Origin: Priapulus caudatus
Taxonomy: Eukaryota
Direction of reading: 5' to 3'
Length of the DNA stretch: 64,000 nt
NCBI RefSeq assembly: GCF_000485595.1
Contig: NW_014577088.1
Span: 1,119,391-1,183,390, forward strand
Position numbers and translations under genes: made by a program
Shown here: positions 42,083 to 52,460 of the stretch, piece by piece
Layout of the letters: every line of letters starts with the position of its first letter
Numbering within the stretch: position 1 is the first letter of the stretch
Notes under the pieces: generated by a model
Seen by the model: only the letters and a program-made list of their open reading frames with translations
The model's database searches: none
Told to the model about the DNA's origin: nothing

Positions 42083-43445
42083 ATGTTGTGGAAATTTGCG
42101 TTGATAGTTTGCGCGTTACTAGTTGTACAGCTCTACGCCGTACCAATACGTGATGAGCACGTGGTGGAAATCCACGCCGTCCCAGCCAAGACTAACTTCG
42201 TGAAGGAGAAGGAACTGTCTTATGAGGTGGAGAAAGAGGCGCGAAACGAGGTGCCAACAGCAGAAACAAACGTCGAAACCCCGATTATTGAAGCTGCTGA
42301 AAATAGTAACTACGTAAATAATGACGACCATGATGCAGATGCCATTGATAGAGTCAGCACTGGCGGCGATAACAACAATGATAATGGTAATGCTGATCCT
42401 ACAAGTAGCGATGACATTGATGATGTCCTTGTTGAAAAATATGATGGTGTTGGCGATAATGACCCTGATGATGATGATCATAATGATGCCGCCGACGACG
42501 ACGACGACAACGGCGACGACTATGGTGATGACGGTGATAATGATGATGATGATGGCGATGATGATGATGATGGCGACGACGACATTGATGAGGATAATGA
42601 TGATGACGATGATGACAACAGCGACGATGGTCATGAGGATGATGGTGAAGATAATCAAGATGATGATGATGATATTAGTCATGCCGATGTTGATGCTAAA
42701 GATGACGTTGGTGTGCATCACGCAAATGGTGAGGCGGCCCCAGAAGAAATTAACGAAGAACAAGAACTAGAAAATGGCGAGACGGTGACTGCAACGGAAA
42801 CGATGTCAGACAACGTAATACCCGAACAAGAGGACGAGGAGGGTTCTTCCCCTGTCAACCCATTTGATATAGTAACAGAGAACCCAACAGAATTTAATGA
42901 CGAATCTACGACGACCACAGAGGAAGAGTATGCCGAGTACAGCAACGATACTATTGACGTCATCGGGAAGGAATTGGAATCTAGCGAGATAGGTGAAAAT
43001 GACGTTAACAAAGAGGAGCACGAAGAATTTGAAGAGAGATATGACGACGCCAATGACGACGCCGATGCTGACAGTGGTGATGACGATGAAAACGATTGTC
43101 AAGAATATGATAAGGGAGACAACAACAACGGGAATAATGCCCATAAAACAAACATCGTTGGTGAAGAGAGAAGCGATACCGACATTAACGAGGTCGGGCA
43201 AGCAGACACACTAGTTGCTCATGTAGACGGCCATGGTGTCGTCGATATTGGGAAGAACGAAGACTGGAAAGACATGATGCTGGGGGACCAGATGATTATT
43301 CGTGATACCACTACTGTGGATCCTATTGATGAAGACTCTAGAAAGTGGGCGCAGTATTTCAACGAGGTGGTTGGAAAAGATAACGTAGAACCTTCTCCAA
43401 TCGCCAGCAAGCAAGTAAAGGTGGAGACACAACCTAAAGCTGCAG
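42083..43445 (+). CDS. Secreted acidic coiled-coil MAM-domain protein, exon 1 of 8 (signal peptide plus Asp/Glu-rich domain)
   Basis: 1363-nt open frame with a hydrophobic signal peptide and complex acidic sequence; donor G|GTACGT phase 1. Confidence 0.88.
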
Positions 43446-43828
43446 GTACGTGGGCGTATCGGACAACGTGTATCTACGTCATTTCCGTTGTTCCGGTCCA
43501 GATAAACTGTAAAATTATGACAAGATAGAAAAGTAAAATTTAGTGTTTCACTAGCTTCGTTACAATAAAGCGCCAGATATACTCTCATACATACGATTAC
43601 TTAATCGGCATGTTATATATATATATAATTATTGCTTTATAAAATATATGACACAATAATAGATCTAGCCACAGATAAAGCAATGTGGGCACACTACATG
43701 AGTAGTTACTGTAAGAGTACGAAAAGTAACAGAAATAATACGGACACAAGTCAGACGTAATAACAACCACAATACAGGCAGCAGACAATACACATAATAT
43801 GGAGTTCGGACGCAGGAATACATCATAC

Positions 43829-43866
43829 CAGGAGTGAATAATAGAGATCTCTATTATTCACTCCTG
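43829..43866. mobile_element. 38-bp palindromic micro-MITE with 7-bp TSD (1 mismatch)
   Basis: ATCATAC|CAGGAGTGAATAATAGAGATCTCTATTATTCACTCCTG|ATAATAC. Confidence 0.75.
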
Positions 43867-44216
43867 ATAATACGAATGTAATCGTAGCAGTATACGCTTA
43901 ATACGGGCACAATACGAACATAGTAATATACCTAAAACGAGCACCATTACAGAATCAGCAATACAGCTTATGTGGACACAGTACAGAATCAGTAATACTC
44001 AGACACACACGCGGTAAGCGCATATCTCTCGCATGTCTCGGGAAACGCGACTCTGTAACGGGGACGGAGTGCATGCGCAACAACAAAACGTGCCAGACAA
44101 ACAAAAGCAGCACGACTATTTAATACTACACATCGCAGCTTACATGCGTTTCGACCATAGAAATAATATACTAGTTAGACTATAGTGTCTCTATTATATT
44201 TCTATGGTGTCGACAG

Positions 44217-44429
44217 ACAATGTCCGAAAGGACCTGGAGCAAACTACCGACGAACAGCTGCGACAGTTTTCCAGCATGGCCGACAAGATGATGAAGCTGT
44301 TCCAAGTGACTAAGCAGGCCGGACAAACGGGCGGCGTGCCAATGGTGGTCGGTGACACTCCTGGCGGGTCGCAGCTCAGCGGCAACTTCTGGTTGGAGCA
44401 GCCGCAGATTCATTTCAACTACTATAACA
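44217..44429 (+). CDS. Acidic MAM-domain protein, exon 2
   Basis: Acceptor gacAG phase 1; DNVRKDLEQTTDEQLRQF...IHFNYYN; donor A|GTAATA phase 1, matching exon 3. Confidence 0.75.
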
Positions 44430-44630
44430 GTAATATACTATAATAGTATTATAACTCTTACTATAACAGTAATATACTATAATAGTATTATAACTCTTAC
44501 TATAACAGTAATATACTATAATAGTATTATAACTCTTACTATAACAGTAATATACTGTAATAGTATTATAACTCTTACTATAACAGTAATATACTATAAT
44601 AGTATTATAACTCTTACTATAACAGTAAGC
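44422..44630 (+). repeat. 39-bp minisatellite (5 copies plus a partial) that contains the exon-2 splice donor
   Basis: Unit CTATAACAGTAATATACTATAATAGTATTATAACTCTTA starts at 44422, 44461, 44500, 44539 and 44578; partial copy at 44617. Confidence 0.92.
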
Positions 44631-44857
44631 ATGCACAGACACCGCCTGCGGTTACCCGCGCGAAACAGTAGCGCGGCGTTGTACACTGTGAACGACATTA
44701 TAAGATATTCGGTAGCGTTAAATTAGTAACCGCTTCATTCTCCCCGTTGTTACCAAGTACAATAGTAAACCGTCTACGATCTAATATCCTAAGTGAAAAA
44801 GTAATATATATTGCAGCGAATGTGGCTACTAGCAGTTTTATACATTTTGGATACTAT

Positions 44858-44896
44858 CAGGGGTTAATAATGACAATTTGTCATTATTAACCCCTG
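44858..44896. mobile_element. 39-bp palindromic micro-MITE with perfect 7-bp TSD
   Basis: ATACTAT|CAGGGGTTAATAATGACAA-t-TTGTCATTATTAACCCCTG|ATACTAT. Confidence 0.8.
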
Positions 44897-45004
44897 ATAC
44901 TATGTATATATGCGCGTTATTGCTTTATTGTACGTACATTATTTTTGGTGATCGAACAAGATGTGAAGTTAACACAAGTGGCCTATTTCTTGTTTTGCAA
45001 ACAG

Positions 45005-45255
45005 CCGAGAAAGGATTAGGCCTTGCTCGTTCAGTCGATGGGGTCACTTATGGAGCCAATGTCATATACCGCCCCACCGGCGAGAATTCCGATAACGTTC
45101 GAGATGAGAGCTTCAACTATGACAACTACGATGATCGTGTATCCGCGTATAATAGAAAGGCACAAACTACGGACGACGGGATGGCAAAGAAATTGAATAA
45201 ATTGGAAACGGACATAAAAAGAAGTAAAGTTGGGTTCGATGATCTTGGAAGCGAG
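45005..45255 (+). CDS. Acidic MAM-domain protein, exon 3
   Basis: Polypyrimidine tract plus acAG phase 1; ends MAKKLNKLETDIKRSKVGFDDLGSE; donor GAG|GTAATT phase 0. Confidence 0.8.
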
Positions 45256-45892
45256 GTAATTCGACGCTAATGTCATACTATACATAATTAATATACACGA
45301 TAAACACGTATTTTTGAGGGGAAAAATCGTTCAGATTCCGGATAGTGACGGGGGCGAGGGGTTGTCGGCGAGGGGACTGTTAGGCGTGTGATTACAAAAT
45401 GTCATAAAATGAGGACAGAGCAAACCGCAAAGAATGTGTAGACGAGGATATATATAAGTATAAAAATACCACAGAGAAACATTAAGTTAATGCAAAGCAA
45501 ACGTGATTAGTGATAAGGAAACGACACACGTGACAGTAAAATGCAAATGAAAGTTCTTTAATAGCATAATACAATAATATAAAAGTATAATTTAGATATA
45601 TAATTGACACACACAAAACTAGATACAGCGGATATAGGTAAACAAAAATTCACCATTCTAGTGGCTTCTCTTTCCGCAGCAAACTAGTAATTCCTGACTC
45701 ACATGACTAACGGCGTCCATCGAAAGTATCACCACGAATTTGTGCAATGATGATGCGAACTCATTATACGTAGATTATTCAGTGTTAACGTTAAACTGAA
45801 TTAACGTTAGAATACTATTAGAAAGCGATGGATGTTACTACGCAGACGCGCCAATATACGCGGATGACTGTAGCAACTAATGTCTCCTGTAG

Positions 45893-46049
45893 ATGCTGCA
45901 GACGCGCAGGGAGTTGGAACACGAGATGCTGCGTCTTTACGACTACGTAAGGAAGATCGGTGGTGACGAAACACCAGCACCAACAAAACAGCTCGGTTAC
46001 CTGCCCGACACCGGATCTCAGGTTCAAGAGTTAAGCGGAGCACAGACAG
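45893..46049 (+). CDS. Acidic MAM-domain protein, exon 4 (coiled-coil end and linker)
   Basis: Acceptor cctgtAG phase 0; MLQTRRELEHEMLRLYDYVRKI; donor G|GTGAGA phase 1. Confidence 0.82.
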
Positions 46050-46333
46050 GTGAGATTGCGTCGACTCTCGCTGAACGGCTTTGGAATCCCTAAAACCTGG
46101 ATGAATTGCTTTTAACCATGTCTTTTCGGCAATGCACAAGCGTCCTCATGCGTGTTTACGAACACAAATAGGAATGATGAGATTCCATTTAACTGATCGA
46201 TTTAGTTACAATTAAGCTTTTTTACTTGTGTACCGTACTCGCGTGGTAGGGTCTGTTAAAACACAATGGATATAAACCATGTATCGATATAACTACCTAT
46301 TGTTAAATAATCCATGCGCGTCGATTTTTAAAG

Positions 46334-46522
46334 GTAATGGGGCGAGTAGGAGGCGCGGCAGAATGATACACAACTGCAACTTTGAGAGAGGCGATACGTG
46401 TAATTGGAGCAACACAACCTACAAGGATATCATCACGAGGAAGTGTTGGATGCGGAAGAGTGGCTGCACACCCGTGCAGAATACTGGCCCGTGCAGAGAC
46501 CACACTACGAACAGCACACGCG
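46334..46522 (+). CDS. Acidic MAM-domain protein, exon 5 (RRRGR site plus MAM N-terminus)
   Basis: CNFERGDTCNW...W.RKSG.TP..NTGP..DHT is the canonical MAM start; phase 1 acceptor and donor (G|GTATGC). Confidence 0.9.
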
Positions 46523-46637
46523 GTATGCCTATATTGTATAGTACGTCAATAAAGAAAACATCCAAAGTGGCGATCAGAATTAGTTTTACGCATACGCAAA
46601 CCGAATCAATATGGGATTTGGGTTGTCATATAATAGA

Positions 46638-46850
46638 GTTAGGGTTAGGGTTAGGGTTAGGGTTTGGGTTAGTGTTAGGGTTAGGGTACACTTCTGTAGT
46701 ACAAGTCTGGTACACTTTGTGTATACATATATGTACCTCAGGTACATATCTGTAGTACCTGGCTGTTACGACAACGACCCCTTGAGCTTTAGGCTTATGT
46801 TTATATTTTTACATGAGGTATGTTTAGGTTTAGGGTTAGGGTTAGGGTAC
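46638..46850 (+). repeat. Interstitial (TTAGGG)n-like repeats within a short internally duplicated element
   Basis: Two runs of GGGTTA, each followed by GGGTACACTT...GTAGTAC. Confidence 0.7.
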
Positions 46851-47359
46851 ACTTATATGTAGTACCTGATACGACAACGACCACTTCAGCATCGCTATCG
46901 CTATTTCCCCTACCAGAACTACACGAATAACCATACAAAAATGTAGCTCCAAGAATCGGTCGTACATCGAAAAACCGTGTTTATTCACGGTAGTCTCACT
47001 GCCTGGTCAAAAACTACACCAATTTACGAGTGCTTTCTTCGTCTCACGCACCAGACTTACATGCATAACCACGCCAGAGACGTTTATCTCCGAACTATAT
47101 ATACTCAATACCCATACGAATATAATGCCTATATATTTATAATATAATATAATATATTTACATGTAGTCTGGTATACTAGTGAAATTTGACCGGAAAAAA
47201 ATGATATAAAGATGATACACCAGATGATCAGAATGTGTCACAGAACAACATATTCAAAAATCATTCAACATCCGCAAAAATCATCTTTGGGGAATGCGCG
47301 TATTTCGTGCAGGCATATGACTTGGATGAGTGATTGTGCGCACCATTATATAGCATGGC

Positions 47360-47638
47360 CACAGGCACTCGGAGCGTTTCAATAAAATATAATGCTAAAT
47401 AAATACGAAATCTTACTACCAAGATTTTAATGTTTCTATACTCTCTTTCGCCTATTATTGCCGACAATTTTCTGTAAATGCGTGCATGTGTGTTGCAGAA
47501 GGGCATTTGCACGGCATTTACAGGAAATTGTCGGCAATAATAGGCGAAAGAGAGTAGAGAAACATTAAAACTTTGGTAGGAAATAGATTTCGTATTTGTT
47601 TAGCATTATATTTTATTGAAACGCTCCAAGTGCCTGTG
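47360..47638. mobile_element. Fold-back MITE, about 280 bp with about 125-bp inverted arms, in an intron
   Basis: CACAGGCACT...TGTAAATGC arm is mirrored by GCATTTACA...AGTGCCTGTG. Confidence 0.8.
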
Positions 47639-48395
47639 AGCATGACACAATGCCTGTGGGCAAACAATGACACATCCCAAGCGAACCCATCCACCAACTA
47701 CATGTTCCAGTTACCTATCTTTCCTATCTCTCTCCCCATCAGTTCTCCACCGCTTCTACTCACGTCCTCCTTTTTCAATTATGCGCGCTCTCGTGGTTTA
47801 CGCCTCTTGTCGTCTCTTCTCACACTCTCTCTCTCTACGCGCGCGCGCGCACTGCGCACGTGATAAGGAGGGGCGGACGAACGGACGGACAGATGGACGT
47901 ATGCACACGGAACTCCCTCATCAAAGCTTTACCCCAGTACCCATTCATCCAGAACCCGCCTCCCTAAGCCCAATACTACTTATCTAATGCACCGGTGCAG
48001 TGCAGCCGAACTTCAAAGTACTGCTACCCTAGCAATCTTCACGCATTACCTAGTCTCTATCTAGTAGCATAACTGCTTGTCTCCTGCTAAGCACAGTTTC
48101 CATCATACTTCTTACCTAGTAGACCAATGGTAAGAGTCCACCTAAGCACTGTTACCATAAACCTTCGTACGTAGTACACCAAAGACAGCACTCCGTCTAA
48201 TCGCGATTTCCCTTACTATTCCTTATGTTAGCCATAGGACAGTGTCTAATCACGGTTACCTAAACACCTCTTACCTAGTAGGATTATTATTAAGTGCGGA
48301 GCGTCAGCTCGGCTCGACTATTGCAACACTGACAGCTTGCGTATACTTGCCATACCAACAGCACTCGTGAACGCTAGCCGATGCTTGTGTTACAG

Positions 48396-48533
48396 GTCAC
48401 TACCTCTATATGTCTGCAATGCACTGCGGTGAAGAGGAATACTCAGAGGTCATCTCTCCCATGATCAAATTCAACGCGGATTCAGAAGGCCATTGTTTAG
48501 AGTTGTGGTATCAGATGCAGGGTAGAGACACGG
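48396..48533 (+). CDS. Acidic MAM-domain protein, exon 6
   Basis: GHYLYM...VISP...HCLELWYQMQG matches the MAM G-Y-Y / L-SP / CL-FWYHM-G motifs; phase 1/1, donor G|GTGAGT. Confidence 0.9.
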
Positions 48534-48921
48534 GTGAGTGGCGCGCGAAGGACCGCGGCTCACAGATTATATTAGATACCGGTAATCGACTTATGTAATT
48601 CAGGCATTCTATCTATAGGCTCTCGGGCGGTACATAAACCCAAACACAATCAAAGCTATATATCATTGTCACTCACAGTAAACTCGCAAAGTGTTTTTTA
48701 CAGACGGGTCTCCGTTCTATGAGTGGTTTCACTCTATAATTGCCACTAATAAGCCATTAAATTGCCACTAATTAAGCCATTAAATTGCCTCTAATTAAGC
48801 CATTAATTAAGCTATAATTGCCACTAACTTAGGGAAAACGCCAGCAGTCCATTTTATAGACATGTTCGTTCTATAGAAGTAACGGGTTACACAGCTTTCG
48901 ATGCACTCTGAACGCCCACAG

Positions 48922-49064
48922 ATTTCATGGCCGTGCACGTCGTACCTAAGAACCGGCAAGGACGCAGGAAGATGTGGCACATCCGAGAACGCTGGCAAGA
49001 CCACAAACCCGCGGCGTGGAAAATGGCGCGGCTCACCATACCGAAGATATTCCGCTTCTATCAG
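48922..49064 (+). CDS. Acidic MAM-domain protein, exon 7
   Basis: DFMAVHV...MW...W..ARLTI...FYQ; acceptor cacAG phase 1; donor CAG|GTGAGA phase 0. Confidence 0.87.
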
Positions 49065-49288
49065 GTGAGATGCAGCCGGCGCCTGAAGCGACCTGCTGCC
49101 ATATCAAACTTTAGGACGGTTGACACCACGCAGATAAAACCGAAATCAATTGCACCGAGACATTAAGATTCCCGTAGTAAATACAATTTCGGTTTATTCA
49201 ACATCATTTCGTTATTGATACTACGGCCCAAGTGCATGCACTCATTGTAATCGACAACACTCTATAAGACGATGATTCTCTACCACAG

Positions 49289-49369
49289 CTCGTAATCCGG
49301 GGACGATCACTGGGCGCTGAAGGCGATATTGGAATCGACGACATCACGATAACCGAAGGACCATGTTAA
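49289..49369 (+). CDS. Acidic MAM-domain protein, exon 8 (MAM C-terminus and stop)
   Basis: LVIRGRSLGAEGDIGIDDITITEGPC* is the canonical MAM end (GDIAIDDI..G.C). Phase 0. Total spliced CDS is 2535 nt (844 aa). Confidence 0.9.
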   Translation, partial: LVIRGRSLGAEGDIGIDDITITEGPC

Positions 49370-49874
49370 ACCCTATATAAGCTATATATATATATATATA
49401 TATATATGTATAACACCCCGCATTCTCAGAAGCTAGTCTACGTGTAAAACAGTATGGCGTAAAGTATCGCGTTTACGAAAGTAGGTTTATGCTGTGCTGT
49501 TTGTAACTGGGCTATTAGCTTATAGCGGGTTACGATCGATGAGGCCATCAATCTTTGTGAAGGTATATACATGTGTCAATATTACTCCCAAATTACGTCA
49601 GATAGATGACACTAATAAGGTCCTACAAAATGTGTCAATTATACTTTGATATAAGCTTGTAATAAGCTAGTGGAGCGTAGTTTAGGTCTACAGTTAGATG
49701 TAATACTCAACTTATAATCTCGCATTGATAACTAAATATAAATGCACGGAAAGTAGTTGTCCGTTACGAAGATCATGACTTCTATAAGTGTTTAGTAATA
49801 ATTAATCTACTTCTATACCTTAGCAGGATAATGACTATCGATTATTCCACCTACGTAATCCAGAGTTTATTTAG

Positions 49875-49913
<39 letters not shown>

Positions 49914-49932
49914 NNNNNNNNNNNNNNNNNNN

Positions 49933-49965
<33 letters not shown>

Positions 49966-50368
49966 GCATCAGAGGAAAACGGGGTAGATCTAATACTCAA
50001 AATATTCGAATCGTATAGTATTCTTGTCGAACGTCGCAGGTAATTACAGTTTGAAGGCAACCGTTACCAGGTGAGCAACGCGTGAAAATAGAGCACTATT
50101 TACCAGTGCTGTGCATTAAGAATAAATTTAGTTGTAAGTAAACAACATCCGTGTCTGTAATGTCAATTCTCGCACAAATCTCACTATCCATTACAGTTAT
50201 ACATATTTTAATGAAGTTCATAGTAATACACTTTGTATACTTCAGAGGTTCATTAAAACTTGCTGTTTTGTTCGTTTGATATTCGATTGAAATTTGGATT
50301 TGGATAGGATTTGTGAGACCATTTTAAAGGAAATTCTGTATATATATACGCACACGCATACGCCTACA

Positions 50369-50408
<40 letters not shown>

Positions 50409-51397
50409 CAGTCCGACAACGGAACGTCTCGTCTTCCACGACATCTTATGATTAAGCGGCGGGCGAAAAAATTCGCGAGATCGCGACTAAAATATATATT
50501 TTACTGGATTCGCGGAGTTTACGCGCGGTTCATGGTTGTTCGGGCGCACGCGCATGCGAGAGAGACAGACGCCGCTTCGAGAAGGTCCGTCGGTTGCGCG
50601 AGTGCAGAACCTGGTTTTTGATACGGTTGTTTTTTATATACTTCTAACGAGAGATCTTGTTGGAGTTCTCTGGGTTGCTGGGTTTAGAGTGTCGCTTGCT
50701 TCCGCTGTCATATAGCAGAGGTGACATTTCCATTGACTTGGATTTTACTGGGAACGTCTACAGTGAGGGTCGCTTCGGCTGCTACGTGGCGTAGCATGCA
50801 TGACAGACGCTTAGATTTTACTAGGCATGGTGGCGGAAAACGTTAGGCAACACCCTGAAGAAGACCTCTGTCGATTTTAAAGGGCCTACCTACCCACACA
50901 TTTACGAAAATGAAGTAGGGTTAGTATTCACTACAAGCGCCAGTGTCTACAGTAATGATTGATAGATGTTATCCATTCATGCTCAGCCCTCCTGTTGTCT
51001 CTAGTTAGCGAACCAGAGCCATGAAGAAATGTGAAACGCGGCGGTGCCTATTTCTTCATTTTGCTCCAAAATCTAAGGGGGTGGCAGCTGCGTTCTTGCC
51101 CCCCGCCCCCAGAGGCTATGGTCCTGCCCCTCTCTCCTGCATACTAGGTTTGATGCGGTAACTTTATAGTACTACCAGTTGAATGTTTTCGGGTGTGATG
51201 TACCTGCGGAAATTGTGAGAAGTCGCCAAGCCGGAGACGATTTTTTGTTGGTACCGATCGTGATAAAACAAAGTGGGTATGGTTCATATATTTTCCGAAC
51301 ACCACCACAATGGTTTCTTTAGTAGATCATACCGGAAAAGTTACAATAGGTGTAGTACTGTCATGTGTCAAGTACAAGTACTATTACTACTGCTGAT

Positions 51398-51608
51398 AGG
51401 GTCTATGTCTCCCTGGGTACTGCCGGAACGTACCCTGGTAACTATCTGATATGGTTAGGGTTAGGGAGTAGGCGTAGGCGACTCCCTAGACTTGTTAGTG
51501 GAGTAGGCGAGGTACGGTCCGGCATATTAGATAGTACCATGGTACGTTCTGGTATACCGGACCGTACCCAAGGTACGGTCCGGCAGTACCTAGGGAGACA
51601 TAGACCCT
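51398..51608. mobile_element. MITE with about 41-bp TIRs and internal GGTTAG repeats
   Basis: AGGGTCTATGTCTCCCTGGGTACTGCCGGA... is mirrored by ...TCCGGCAGTACCTAGGGAGACATAGACCCT. Confidence 0.75.
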
Positions 51609-51944
51609 GGCAGCATTACTACTAGTACTACTAGTACTAGTACTATCAAGTATTAATACTATCATGCATCAGACCGAGTATGCAGTTGGAGTGCCACGTT
51701 TTTTTCCATTTTTTTAGACCCCTTTTGAGAATTGGTTCTTAGACGGCTCAAGCACTTGGCTTGCTTTGGCCTATCTATCTGAGTGGGGTAACCGCACCCC
51801 CCTTTTCCCTCTGATATTCTTACACCAGAAGGCTACGCTGTAACACTGGTTAGGCTACACGAGTTGATACGAGTTTTTTAGCGCCAAATTGTCGACTTTT
51901 CGGCACTTCGTGGTCAAGCGTTGTCTTTTAGAGCGCGTCTGTCG

Positions 51945-52460
51945 TGACGCTGATTGGCTGCAGCCGTCCTCGTCTGTCACGCCAGGCGGGTTGTGTTAAC
52001 GTGACGTAATGATGACGTCAGCATATCGTGTCGTGACGTCATCTCTGACGAGATGTTTGCGACCTGCCATCACGTGACCGCCTCACGGCTTCACTGACCA
52101 CTGGTCACTGTCTCCGATCGCGTCCTGCATGTTGGGGAAAACATTTCTTTCGATAATTAATGAATCGGCGCTCTGATGAACGGTCGCCGTGGAAACGCGT
52201 TGTTTGCAGCGGTGGAGGCGCCCGGCGCTTGCTGTTGTTATGGTATCCGGCTGTCATTGTCTGTTGCGTTGTCATGGAAACTAGTATACTCATATCGTAT
52301 GGTCCGACATCGATTGTAAATATCAATGTATTGCGTTTTGTTACGAGCTGTCGAAATAAAGTTTTACTCGTATGTACAGAAACACAGACTGCGTTCGCTA
52401 TGCTGTAGGCGTATGTAGTTTATCGTAACCTATCATTTAACGCCGCTAGATGGCGCCACA
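51945..52460. promoter_or_regulatory. Promoter-like CpG-rich motif cluster (CCAAT, two CRE, E-box, RFX X-box, CTCF-like)
   Basis: ATTGG 51953; TGACGTCA 52013 and 52034; CACGTG 52071; GTTGTCATGGAAAC 52268; CCGCTAGATGGCGCCA 52443. Confidence 0.45.

Noticed and set aside
50853..50886. Hammerhead-like CTGAAGAAGAC...GTCGA
   Set aside because: The GAAA box and cleavage triplet are missing; at best a dead relic.
52165..52212. Hammerhead-like CTGATGA-ACGG/CCGT-GGAAAC
   Set aside because: An extra base precedes GAAA and no stem I pairs next to a cleavage triplet; likely chance.
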